A stretch of 64,000 nucleotides of DNA from Eledone cirrhosa (Eukaryota). The stretch covers positions 20,956,001-21,020,000 of the forward strand of contig OZ024753.1 in NCBI GenBank assembly GCA_964016885.1. The letters run 5' to 3'. The notes below the pieces were generated by a model that searched no databases, had not been told where the DNA came from, and worked only from the letters and a program-made list of their open reading frames with translations. The position numbers and the translations under genes are program-made. Of the stretch, positions 38,701-51,272 are shown in pieces (the stretch's first letter is position 1; every line of letters starts with the position of its first letter).

Positions 38701-39182
38701 ACCCCCCTCTATTAGGACATGCTCCTGTATAGTCCTAACGTGCATCTAGGATGTCATTCCAATCCCCCGCTAGAAGCAGGGAACGCGACGTTCCCAGAAA
38801 AGTCTCCAAACGCTGGAAGAAGTCGGGCTGTTCAGCTCCGAAAGGGCAGTAGACGGCGACCAGTCTCAAGGCCGCACCTTCACTACTGCCAACATCTAGC
38901 ACCAACAAACGACCCTCCGGGTCCGAGTGAACAACCTGTACGGCGAGACCCAAGTGTTTTTCCAGCAGTACGACAACCCCACCCCCACCTCCAGGTTGAC
39001 AGAGATGCATGCACCTCAAAGTCATCGAAGGTAGAGGCCAGCTGCCGCACGACGCTGATCCGAGTCTCACAGATAACCATTACATTTATACCACGTGACC
39101 TGAGGTCATTTAGAAGCTTTGCTTGCTTCCAAGTTGAGCCCAGGCCACGTGCATTCAAACATCCTACTCTTAACACATCCAT
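35735..39182 (-). pseudogene. Tx1 ORF2 (APE-RT-CCHC), frameshifted
   Basis: LRVGCLNARGL-ICET, VAVYCP, AGDWN, YLDRFL, TDH, and a 759-aa open RT segment (36252-38531) with QGCPLS and YADD. Confidence 0.92.
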
Positions 39183-39215
39183 GTGGGCGGCAAAGCCAAA
39201 GGAGAGTGTAGAGAC

Positions 39216-40915
39216 CTACCTTTCTGCTTCCCGGGGTTCGGGTCGCACGACTTCCATGGGGTCGGGGGTGTTGGGTGAAGGGGTGTCTTGTGGTGGTGTG
39301 GGGTCGTCAGTGTGTGGTGGGGTTGGGGTGTTTGGAGTTGTGTTGGGGAGGGGAAGGGGAGCGGGAAAGCTTTTTAGTAGGACGCGGTTTATGGGTTTGA
39401 CAGAGGGTGGTCCTACGTCCTCCTTAAAATCCTTTTTTAGTTTTTTGTAGAGGTTCATTGGGATCTTTATTAATTTTAAATGTGGGTAGTTTTCTGAAGA
39501 AACAAAGTTTACACCTTCGGTTTGTACCGAAGGATTATTGTTTATGAGTTCATTTAATTTATTATTGTTTCTGTTGATGTAAGTATAGTGTAATGTCTTT
39601 TTTTCGGATGGTGTGAGTGTTTCGAAGAGGGGAGGAGTAGGTTTGGTTTTGTTTGTTGCTGGAGGGGTGTTTTGTGTTTTGTTGGATTGTGTTGACATTT
39701 GGGTAGGGGTTGTTTGGCCTTGTGTGTTTTGCACATGTTTTCTTTTTTCCTTTTAATCTGTCTGAAGGACTCCGTTTCTTCCTCCGAATTCGTTGGGTTA
39801 TCTTCAGTGTTGGAGGGAAGAGGTATGTTTGCTGGTAATGTTTCCGTGTTGGTTTTCTTTGTGGGGGAGATGGATGTCACTATGTTAGACTGTGTTGTGT
39901 GTTGTGGCTGCGGTGGTTGTGTTGTTTTATTGAGTGAGGGGTTGGGTGGGACTGTGTTTTGTTTTTGGGTAATGTGTTGTGACTGTTTGTGTTGTGGTGG
40001 TGGTGTAGTTTTACTGAGGGATGGGTTGGGTGGGACTGAGTTTTGTTGTTTGTTTATCTGTTGTGGTGGTGGTGGAGCTGGTGTTGGTAGCAGGGTTTTC
40101 TTTTTGTTGAGTTGGGGACAAGCCGCCTTCAGGTGCCCTCTGCCTGCACAGATATGGCAGGACGGCCTTCTCCCCTCCACGCTAATGTTTATATACCCGT
40201 GGCCCTCTAATAGGATTCTGTCGGGTATTTGGGCGATGCTTTCAGGCTTCATTTGCACTACAAGTTCTATACCTGTTCCACTGAACGCATTGCCTGTGGT
40301 TTTCCCAATGGAAATCACGTTGTCATTCGCTGGATCGATGAAGCCAGCTATGAGCCAGCAATAGTCCACATCTGGCATCATTGCATCCAGCCATATGCGC
40401 TGAGTTCTTTTACCCATATAAGATGGATAAAAGGTAAAATTTGTCGAACGAATCGGTGACAAAGCACATTTTTTTGCCGCCGATTCGTTCTTCATAATAA
40501 TCGCTAGGCTTCCATACAGTCTGTCTCTTCTTATGAAAGTGGTTTCATTAAGTACTTCTGTAAGTACTGCTTTGATTTCTGTTTGTGTTGGCTGTTGAGG
40601 TTTTTTAGAAATGTTGTTGATGGTGCGGAAAACGACCGTCCGACTTTCAATGTCTTTGGTGAGTTCTTGAGGCATTTTTACCGATAAAATACCATTTTCC
40701 CCTTCAGTTATGTATTGTTTGGCGTCTGTAATTCTTTGTGCCACATCTGAAATATTTTCAGGTATATATGTCAAAGATTTCTTTGTTGTTTGTGCAAATG
40801 AAATATTATTGGTGTTGACTTTGTCGTCTGCTTTGCTTTCTGTTATGATGTTGTTTTCAAATGTTATTTTTGTGTTTGTGGTGTCTTTGTGTGTGGTATT
40901 AATATTGTCATGCAA
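39216..40915 (-). pseudogene. Tx1 ORF1 (gag-like, zinc knuckle plus Pro/Thr/Gln-rich tail), frameshifted
   Basis: FYPSYMGKR-ISVEGRRPSCHICAGRGHLKAACP, split between ORFs 39554-40915 and 39216-39734. Confidence 0.8.
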
Positions 40916-41371
40916 TTTTTCAAATTTTTTTTTTTTTCGTTGTTGGAATCAATGTCCAGATTTGTGTTTTCGTCATTTTTCTCCGCAGATTCGTCTGTTT
41001 CTATTTTATTTTTTCTTTCCTTCTCTATGACGTTAGTTGGGAAGGAAGGGGGGGGGGGACTAAAGCGTGCGAGCTTACAACTCTTACCGCTGTCCCCCCA
41101 CCACTATTTTCGTTAGCTTCGTTTAACATTTCTGTCAGACGATTGAAATTTTTTATGCCACAAAATTTTTAAAAACAGGTTTTTCACCCCTGGGAGGGGC
41201 AAAGATAAGCTGACCCACCGCCTGACAGTTCAGACGGGGGGGGGGGGTCAAGCTACACAATAGTATCAAAATTAAAATTGAACTTACAAAATTTCCGCAA
41301 TAAATTTGAACAAAACTTCTGCGCGAAGTGAATTACATCTACGCTGTAGAACAGACGACAGCTAGATTATT

Positions 41372-41427
<56 letters not shown>

Positions 41428-41534
41428 ACAAGAAAGACGGTATCATTTGTCCATCCCTGTTTATTTTGTTATACGTATTTCGAAGAGGTATAACAAAATA
41501 AATAGGGATGGACAAATGAAACCGTCTTTCTTGT
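41428..41534. repeat. 107-bp palindrome abutting (TAGA)n
   Basis: acaagaaagacggt-tcatttgtccatccct / agggatggacaaatGAAACcGTCtttcttgt. Confidence 0.85.
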
Positions 41535-42377
41535 GTGTGTGTGCGTGATTTTACATCCAAATTTGAATCTAATTATATTTTACCTCTCGTTATCAATATT
41601 ATTATAAATGACATATTTTCATTAACATATTTCCCATAAGACAAGAAATAAGAAATAAAAATTGTTTTATTACATTTTATGATTTTTTTTTTCTTATACA
41701 TAATAATCAAGCTTAATTTTTTTCATTTCCCATTTCTTTGTGTGACTATGTTGGGATGTGTGTATGTATATGTGTGTGTATATGTATATATGTGTATGTA
41801 TATGTGTGTGTGTATGTATGTTTTTATATCTCTGTATATGAGTGTGTGTTTTCATGTGTGTGTGTACGTGTGTATACAAGATGGTATGTGTGTACGTTTC
41901 TATGTTGGAATGGCCGGAGCTCAGCCACTGGGGTCCTGAATCTTTTCATATATATTTGTATATATGTGTGTGTTTGTATATATATATGTATGTGTTCATA
42001 TATATTTGTATATATATATATATGTGTGTGTTTGTATATATATATATGTATGTGTTCATATATATTTGTTTATATGGATGTATGTGTGTGTGTTTGAATG
42101 TGTATTTATGTTTATGTATATGAGTGCATGTATGTGTGTTCATTTGTATGTGTATGTGTATGTATATTTATGTAGGTATGTATATGTATGTATATTTATG
42201 TAGGTATGTATGTGTATGTATGTAGGTATGTATATGCATGTGTATGTGTATATATGTAGGTGTGTATATGTATGTGTATGTATATTTATGTAGGTATGTA
42301 TATGTATATGTATGTATATTTATGTAGGTATGTATAGGTATGTGTATGTATGTAGGTATGTATATGTATATGTATAT

Positions 42378-43190
42378 GTAAAGGTGTACAAGGCATGTGT
42401 GCTCTCTTGTCTTCTTTATGCCTGCGAGACCTGGGTCACATATCGACACCACCTTAAGCAATTGGAGCGTTTCCATCAGGGATGTCGAGATTTTGGAAAG
42501 CTCTATGTGTGACAGTATAGAAGCTCTTGTGCTTAAGCAACGACTCCGTTGGAGTGGTCACCTTGCCAGGATGAAGGATTCTAGAATACCAAAACAACTC
42601 TTTTATGGAGAGTTGGTTAAAGGAAAACGACCGCCACATAAACCAAAAAAGAGGTATAAGGATTCCTTGAAAGCCTCTTTGAAAGACGCTAACATCTCTG
42701 CTGATACATGGGAAAATATTGCTGCTGATCATAATAAATGGAGAAAGACTGTATATGAGGGAAAAGTTGCCTTTGAGGCATCTCGAATCGCATACGAGAT
42801 AGTAAAGCGGTATATGAGGAAGGGCATTGCTGTTGCACTTCCAGACGGCAAGGGTCCTCCTATGGTGCTGACATGCAGCGTCTGTGCGAGACTCTGCCTA
42901 AGCAAAGCTGGACTCGAAAGTCATCTTCGCAGTCATAAAGTAAGACCAGTGGTTGACTACCAGGCTGCTGTTGGAGATGCTACTCATCATGCTTGCCAAA
43001 CATGTGGTAGAGAATGTAAATCAGCAGGAGGGTTCAAGCGACATGCAAAAGTACATAAACTCCAACCACAGCCGGCTATTCCCAGTGAATGTTTTGGTTG
43101 CCGACTCTGTGCAAGACATTTTAGATCATTGGCTGGGCTAAAAAGCCTCATTCGATAGCAGCGCTGTTAGTTGCTATGGTGTGTGTGTGT
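42378..43190 (+). mobile_element. RTE/BovB-like LINE 3' end with three C2H2-type fingers
   Basis: KVYKACVLSCLLYACETW-LERFHQ, RLRWSGHLARMKDSRIPKQLFYGEL-KKRYKD, then three CxxC-x12-H units (the third has lost its His). Confidence 0.88.
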
Positions 43191-43286
43191 GTGTATAGGT
43201 ATGTTTATGTGTGTGCGTGTGTGTGTATATATATATGTATATGTATATTATTATTGTTGTTGTTGTAGTTATTATTATTATTATTG

Positions 43287-44262
43287 GAATGTTGCCAGGC
43301 ACTCACTGCCCTCTACCAAGCGGGCAATGCGATTAGTGGAACTTCCACTCTCGAGTTCTATAGATGATTAGTGGTGGGCAAGTGCGATGACGCACTCGGA
43401 GAAGCTTTGGGCCTCGACGAAGTCGAACTGACCAGTCTGTACCGGAGGACTTTTGAGCCGGGGACGATGGACAATTTCCAGAAATCCCTCGCTTGGTAGT
43501 GCTACCGGGGGGCACTGCCGGTTCGGGATAAACTCTACAGGCACGGAAGTGCTGTCAGACGGACCTGCCCAAGATGCGCACAGAACGACGAAACCGTTCT
43601 GCACTTGTCCAATGTCCGTGCATTACTGACTTGTGGAATTATGTCGAACAGCTACTCTCGCGTGTGGAACGAATCCGGCTATCGGCCGAGTCCATAGTGA
43701 AGATTGATCCACCGCCTTCCTTAGGTCAGGAAGAGCAGGAAATTTTCCTGTCTGGTGGCAGTTGCGAAAGAGGTTATATGGTGGACCAGGTTGAAAGGAC
43801 TAAAGACAGACACTTTTCTCTTCGGCCAATCCCTCATCAACTTCTTCAAGTTTCACCTGGAAAGGAAGGTGAGGGTGGAGAGAGAAGTGCTGCCCCCCCA
43901 GTACATTTGCTAAAAGGTGGTGAATGTGGCGAGAATGGCTCGTGTGAATGGGCCTACTCTGACCATGCGCCTATAGGCTAGCTAACTTGAGGAGAGGGGT
44001 GCTCTCCCTGGGTGCCCTAGAAGCGCAGGGTGGTTCAGGATTGGTGGGGTACCCGAGTCACCCCAGGGTCGTCCACCCCCTATCGGGGAATTTATTTTGT
44101 TATATTTATGCATAGTTTATTTTATATTTTTATATTTTCATTGTTAAATTAGTCTTGCCATTATGCACTTTTACTCGACCTTATTGTAAACCCCCACTGT
44201 CCCTGTCTTTGTATTGTCCTCTACATGTCAGCCCTTGTGGCTAATAAATGAAATCATTATTA
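43287..44262 (+). mobile_element. L1/Tx1 3' fragment (subfamily B)
   Basis: Near-identical reverse complement of 30945-31888, with (TAT)n on both sides. Confidence 0.9.
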
Positions 44263-44865
44263 TTGTTATGTATGTATATATAAATGTGTGTATATATGTA
44301 TATGTATGTGTGTATATATATATATATATTTCTTTTTTTTGTTTTATTTTATTTTTTATTTATTTATTAATATATATATATATGTTTTTTTTCTCCCCGT
44401 GCAATGGCCATACTCGATAACGAGGGGGCAGCCATCATATGTATATGTATGTATACGTATGTAGGTATGTATATGTATGTGTATGTATGTAGGTATGTAT
44501 ATGTATGTGTATGTATGTAGGTATGTATATGTATGTGTATGTATATTTACGAGTCTGTCCATGACAGTATGTGTTGGTGTGTGTTTATTTGATGTAGGTA
44601 TGCACATTTATATACATGTATCTATATATGCATGTATATATACATGTATCTATATGAGTGTGTGTATATATATATGTTTCTATATTACAGTGTGTATATA
44701 TGTGTCTATATGACTGTATATATATATATATATATACATATATATGTGCGTGTGTGTGTGTGTGTATTTAGATGACAGTATATGTGTCTATATGACAGTG
44801 TATATACATGTACCTACATGAAGTGTATACATGTGTCTATATGACACATGTATCTATATGACAGA

Positions 44866-45587
44866 ATCATCATCACCGTTTTACGTCCGTGCTTCCAAGC
44901 TAGCATGGGTTAGATGGGTTGCCTTGTTGTGGGCAGTGTCCGGTCGTCTGACATTGTCTTGCTCACACGGGAACTGATTCTGGCTTGATTTCTACAGCTG
45001 GATGCCCTTCCTAACACCAACCTCATTTACAGTGAGTGCTGGGTGCTTTTTGTCGTGGCGCCTACACGTCCACTTTACAGTGGAATGATATGGACCCCAG
45101 TCCCTATCATCTCATTTCTACAGCTGAGTGAACGGGAGCAATGTGAAATAAAGTGTCTTGCTGAAGGAAACAACACATCACCCGGTCCGAGAATTGAACT
45201 CACAACCTTTCGATTGCAAGCCCAATGCTCTAACCACTAAGCCATGTGCCTTCACATATATATATATATCATCATCATCATTTTACGTCGCTTTTCCCTG
45301 CTTGCAAGGGTGTGACGGGAACTGATTCTCGCTTGATTTCTACAGCTGGATGCCCTTCCTAACACCAACCTCATTTACAGTGAGTGGTGGGTTCATTTTT
45401 GCCGTGGCACCTCCATGACCACTTTGCAGTGGAATGATATGGACCCCAGTCCCTATCATCTCATTTCTACAGCTGAGTAAATTTGAGCAATGTCTTGCTC
45501 AAGGAAACAACACATCAACCGGTCCGAGAATTGAACTCACAACCTTTCGATTGCAAAGCCAATGCTCTAACCACTAAGCCATGTGCC

Positions 45588-45590
<3 letters not shown>
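44866..45590 (-). mobile_element. Two tandem family-1 SINEs (~44866-45254 and ~45268-45589)
   Basis: Each has a tRNA head, CORE block and RTE tail. Confidence 0.85.
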
Positions 45591-45657
<67 letters not shown>

Positions 45658-45698
45658 TGTATTTAGATGAGAGTGTATACATATGTGTTTATATGACA

Positions 45699-45732
<34 letters not shown>

Positions 45733-45847
45733 GAAAAGTATAGAAATATATATATATATATAGAAGTTATATTTAATTTATTGGGAAACAACAAGCAAAT
45801 ATTTTTATAACTGATATAAAGCACTCAACAATTTTTTGGAGTAAAAA

Positions 45848-46257
45848 TACAATATATTAACAAATGGAAACTATATTTATAAAACCATATTTATTTCATT
45901 ATACATATTTCAAGGACACCAAAGCAAATTATGGTGCGCTTTCATCAGATAAAATATAATATAGATCAGTTTTATAAACAAATATTGACATACCCTTAAA
46001 GAATGCGACCATGTCGGTTGGAAGCTCCCGGAGAGTGGGGTTACTAATTTTATTATAATAAAATTAGTAACCCCACTATCTGGGAGCTTCCAACCGACAT
46101 GGTCGCATTCTTTAAGGGTATGTCAATATTTGTTTATAAAACTGATCTATATTATATTTTATGTGATGAAAGCGCACCATAATTTGCTTTGGTGTCCTTG
46201 AAATATGTATAATGAAATAAATATGGTTTTATAAATATAGTTTCCATTTGTTAATAT

Positions 46258-46263
<6 letters not shown>
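45848..46263. repeat. 416-bp spacer-less palindrome between (TA)n tracts
   Basis: Centre ttttatta|taataaaa at 46055/46056. About three mismatches between arms by eye. Confidence 0.95.
45895..45953 (-). ncRNA. Type I hammerhead ribozyme in the left palindrome arm
   Basis: tttat CTGATGA aag-cgcacca-taatttgctt-tggtgtc-ctt GAAA tatgta TA atgaa. The right-arm copy has GTGATGA. Confidence 0.7.
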
Positions 46264-46355
<92 letters not shown>

Positions 46356-46381
46356 TGTAATAAACAACATAAGATGATTAT

Positions 46382-46437
46382 TTCATTTACCAGTGGTTTC
46401 TTGAAAGCAACCAAAATTGCTTTCATTCATCAGAATC
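46382..46437 (-). ncRNA. Type I hammerhead ribozyme
   Basis: att CTGATGA a-tgaaagcaa-ttttgg-ttgctttca-a GAAACC act GGTA aat, with a perfect 9-bp stem II. Confidence 0.7.
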
Positions 46438-46888
46438 AAAAAATCCTGATTTGATAGTGGATTTGAAAAACAAAAATATAACAGATATGAAAGTGAGGCT
46501 GGAGGAAAAGAAAAGGGGCGGGGAGTAATAAATAAGAATATATAACACAACACACACGCTCACGTATATACATATCCACGCGTATATACACATTTATATA
46601 CACAGACACGTATACACACATATATATCCATATATATCCATACATAAATACACCAACACACATATATATATATATACATATATATACATATATACACATA
46701 TATATACATACATATATATATACATATATATATATACATATATACACACACACATATATACATACACACATATATACACACATGCATACGTACTCACATA
46801 TAAAAGGATACAAATAAGAATAAATAATCATAATAGGCCGTCACATACAAATAAGCAAATAAAAATTAAGGATTAAGAAAATAAAAAA

Positions 46889-49800
46889 TGTGGGTATGGT
46901 GTGGCGTGCGCTGGCCGGAAGCGGGGGGCCTCTCTAGTGGTGACCAGCAATGGTGTGGACGCGAGTTTTAGCAGCTCCCGGTGTTAAGCAGTTGGACGCA
47001 CGTGGAAGAGGAGAGACCAGCAGTGGAATTTAGCGGCGCCTATGAAAAGCGGTAAGTGAGATAGCTTTTTCTAACCACAAGCTATTTCCGCACTGGAAAC
47101 TGAGATCTGATTGAAAAAAAAAAAGGCTACTGGAAAAACAGAGAGGAGTCTGATGTTTTTTTTTATCACGTACCGCAAGACAAATTAGAAGATGGCGACA
47201 AGACTACGAACAAGCGAAGCTATCAGGGCATTTGCCGGGGAAGGTGATGTCGCTTGGATGCGAAAAGTCCGGCTGGTCGCAAGCTTGCAGAAGATAGAAG
47301 ATGTGGCTGGCCTCATGGCACTGTACCTCGAGGGGGACGCGTTGGTACTCTTCCTTGAGTTGGACGAACACAGCCAAAGAGAGGCGCATGATAGAAGCGT
47401 TCGCAGAGGGACCGTTAGCCGCTTTCGCTAAGCTGGCAAGAATTAGATGGAACGCGTTGATATTTTCGCAGCGGAAATACGGCGATTGGCTATGTTGGCT
47501 GGATATCAGGTGGAATGTGAACGCACGGTGCGGTTGGCATTCATAAATGGATTTCCAGACGACATAGCGGTGAAACTGCAGCAAGTCCCGGGTTACAAAG
47601 AAATGGAAATGCGTTCACTGGTGGAACAAGCCCGGATGATAGCAGAAGATGCCAAAACGAGTGTTGCCGCGATAGCAACTACAGAGGCTCAAGACAGCTG
47701 GCAGCGAAATGGTGAAAGGGAGGCAACCACGGCACGCGGTCGCCCGCGAACGTTTAGAGGTCGCTGTTTTCGGTGCCAGGGCCCGCACATGGCTAGAGAC
47801 TGCAGAGAGTCAAGGCCGGAAATAATATGCTACCGGTGTAAGCAACCAAGGAAACGATCCAAGGGGAACTACTGCGCCGGTAGTTGCTCCTTACGAGTAG
47901 AGGCGCTTCCCGTGGTGGAAGTCTTCGTGAGGGGAAAGCCACAGCGAACCCTCGTGGACACGGGCTGTATGACGACACTGGTGACCGCAGAGGTGGAGAG
48001 GGAAGAGCAGCGTAAGGGAAGTCGACGGCAGGAAAATTGAATGCCGAGGTCGCAGCGAGATGGAAATAGCGGTACGGGGAAGGAAAATAAGGCTTTCTGC
48101 CATCGTAGTGGACAGCGTGGTGGATGGGATGCGCGTGGTTATGGGCATGGACGCAATTGGCCGTCTAGGAGGCGTCACAGTGAACAACGACGGTGTGTCG
48201 TTTGACGCCGCTGCATCGGTGTGCGCTGTGAGTGTGCGACAGGAGAACCAGAAGGCCCACGAGGAGAAATACCCCGCCTACACTGTGCAGGACAAAGACT
48301 TCAAGGCCGTGTTCGATGGGTTGTTGAGTGGTACTGGAAGGGAGAACCACCAACACTGAAGACCAATGTGGGCTGCTATCAACACACATTGAAGGGAAAC
48401 ATTAGGAACGAGTTCGAGCGAGAGATAGAGAGATGGATTGAGAAGGGCATACTGCTTCCCTGGAAAGAGGAGGTGAAGTGCGGAGTATTGCCGTTAATGG
48501 CGGTGACGCAACCCACGAAGAACAAGGTGAGGCCGGTGCTGAAATTTCGGGAGCTGAACGAGCACGTGTCATGCCACACGGGTGGCGAGGTCACGGATGT
48601 CTGTGGGGAAACCCTGCGTGAGTGGAGACGCATGACGGGGGGTTCAGCAATCGTAGATCTAATGTCGGCATAATTGCAATTGCATATAGATGAGAAGCTC
48701 TGGCAGTATCAGCTGGTCAGGTATAAGGGCCGGACATATTGCCTGACCAGGCTCGGTTTCGGGCTGAGCTCCGCACCGAAGATCATGGCGGCGGTCCTCA
48801 AGACCATTCTGGGAAAGGCCGACAAGATGAAGTGGGCCACTAACTCCTATATTGACGACATCCGAGTGGACGAGTCTGTGGTGTCGGCGGCGGAGGTCAC
48901 GAGCCATTTACAGGAATATGGACTGGCTGCGAAGCCGTCAGAAGCGTTGGAGGGAGGAGCCGCGCTGGGACTTAGGCTACGGCGAGACAGGATGGGCGGC
49001 TTGGTATTCCAGAGGGGAAATGAAGTTCCAGAACTGGGCCCAAGTATGAGTAGGCGGGAGCTTTTCTCGGTGTGTGGAAAGTTGTTGGGTCACTACCCGA
49101 TTGCTGGGTGGCTCCGGACGTCATGCAGCTATGTCAAGAGACGAGCGGGAGGAGTGACAGAGTGGGAGAGAGGACGGTGGCCATGATGCAGGAGATCGTG
49201 GGGAGGGTGAAGGCCGACGACCCAGTGCGGGGACGCTGGTATGTTCCCAAATCACAGAGCGGGACCGTATGGTGCGATGCCAGCAGCATAGCGCTGGGTG
49301 ACACGTTGGAGATAGGAGGTGTTGAGGTCGAGGATGCAGCCTGGCTTAGGAAGAAGGATGACTGCAACCACATCAATGTGGTCGAACTGGACGCATTGTT
49401 GAGAAGGGTGAACCTCGCCCTGAAGTGGGGACTGCACACCATCGAGATACGCACCGACTCGGCTACTGTACTCGGATGGGTGAGATCAGTGCTCACCAGT
49501 GAGAAGAGAGTGCAAACGAGAGGGGTGGCGGAGATGCTGATAAAGCGCCGCCTGGGAACTTTAGGAGAGCTGGCCACCGAGTTCGACCTGAGGCTGAGCG
49601 TAGTTTTCGTGCCCTCAGAGAAAAATAGGGCAGACATCTTAACTAGGGTGAAGAAAGCCTGGATGGAGGCGCCGGAGGAGGTAGAAGATGAGATAGCTGC
49701 CGTGTGTCGGCTGACCGAGTCGGATCTGAAAGGATTGCATGACATGCACCACATGGGAGTGGATAGGAGCCTGTTCCTAGCCAGGAGAATCGACTCGGCC

Positions 49801-50940
49801 GTTAACAGACACAGTGTTCAAAGGGTGGTTAGAGGCTGCGTCCGATGTCAGTCCATTGATCCCGCTCCGGGTGCACACGAAACGGGAAGCCTCCCGGTGG
49901 ATCGCGACTGGAAGCGATTGGCGGTGGGTGTAACGCACTACCGACAGGGAACGTACCTCTCGATGGTCGACTGTGGACCAGGACGGATGGCGATATGGAG
50001 GGAGATGAAGACTGGAACGGCCGAGGAAACCATGCGGACGTTGAGTGAGGTGTTCTTGGAGCGGGGCCCTGCGGACGAACTGCTGATGGACAACAGCGCA
50101 GCGTTCCGCTCGGAGGCGCTGAGGGAGATGGTCGATGGATGGAAGGTGGACCGTTTCTTCAGAGCAGCGCGCAGGCCGAGCGGGAATGGAATTGTGGAGC
50201 GACACCACCGGACGATCAAGGCAATGGCGGAGCGGGGCTATATCTCACCAATGGAGGCAGTGTTCTGGTACAACATGTCCCCTCAGGTGGGACAGGTCGA
50301 GGAATCGGTGCCACACAGAGCAGTATTCAGATACGAGTGGCGGCACCCGTGCACGCCACCACAACGGCCAGTGGGGAGAGAGAGTGCATTCGTGCAGGTG
50401 GGCGAAGAAGTCTGGGTTAAGCCCCCAGGTGCACGTTGCACATCTCAATGGGGAAAGGGAACGGTGACGGCTGTAAATTCCCAGAACAATATGTCCGTGG
50501 ACGGAGTACCACGTCATGTCCTGGATGTCCGTAGAATCACTGTGTCAACGGACTCCGAGGAAGAGGAAACCCAAAGTGCTGCCCCAACACTGCGGAGATC
50601 GCAAAGAAGTCATAAACCACTAACCTGGACAGCAGACTTTCATATGCAGAAGGACGAGGGGGAAATTGATCCTTGAGATCAGGGGGGCGTGTGGGTATGG
50701 TGTGGTGTGCGGTTGCCGTAAGCGGGGGAGTGCTCGACCGGAAGAGTGCCTGGCCGGAAGGATGCTCGACCGGAAGGGCCAGCAGAGGGCCTCTCTAGTG
50801 GTGACCAGCAACGGTGTGGACGCGAGTTTTAGCAGCTCCCGGTGTTAAGCAGTTGGACGCACGTGGAAGAGGAGAGACAAGCAGTGGAATTTAGCGGCGC
50901 CTATGAAAAGCGGTAAGTGAGATAGCTTTTTCTAACCACA
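46889..50940 (+). mobile_element. Full-length Gypsy-like LTR retrotransposon, frameshifted (LTRs 46889-47079 and 50690-50940)
   Basis: TG...CA LTRs, aaaaa on both flanks, PPT aggggggcg. Gag CFRCQGPHMARDC, protease LVDTG, RT TRLGFGLSSAP/YIDD, RNase H WCDASS-HINVVEL-IRTDS, integrase HHMG-CVRC-DNS-GIVERHHRTIK. Confidence 0.93.
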
Positions 50941-51119
50941 AAAAATATTAAGTTGACAGCGATACAAGACGGCAATGTGTTTATATGTATGGGGTGTGCT
51001 TGTATATTTATATGTATGTGTATATGTATATAAAAATGTGTGTGTATGTACACATATATATGTGTGTGTGTATATATATATATATTTAGGGTTTTTTTGT
51101 GCATATGCTTACCACGTGT

Positions 51120-51272
51120 TTATTTTATATTTTTATATCTTCATTGTTAAATTAGTCTTACCATTGTGCACTTTTACTCGACCTTATTGTAAACCCCCAC
51201 TGTCCCTGTCTTTGTATTGTCCCCTACATGTCGGCCCTTGTGGCTAATAAATGAAATCATTATTATCATTAT
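51120..51272 (+). mobile_element. Tx1 subfamily B extreme 3' tail
   Basis: Matches 44120-44262. Confidence 0.8.

Larger units (their letters stand above)
35570..41365 (-). mobile_element. Near full-length L1/Tx1-clade LINE (subfamily A)
   Basis: 5' UTR, ORF1 with CCHC knuckle, APE endonuclease, RT, C-terminal CCHC and AATAAA. Flanked by (TAGA)n on both sides. Confidence 0.93.

Noticed and set aside
39699-40364. Long antisense ORFs opposite the Tx1, RTE and Gypsy coding regions
   Set aside because: Shadow frames arising from codon bias, with no independent motifs.
41679-42512. Many YI/VC/HT-rich ORFs here and throughout the window
   Set aside because: They are translations of (TA)n, (TG)n and (TATG)n microsatellites.
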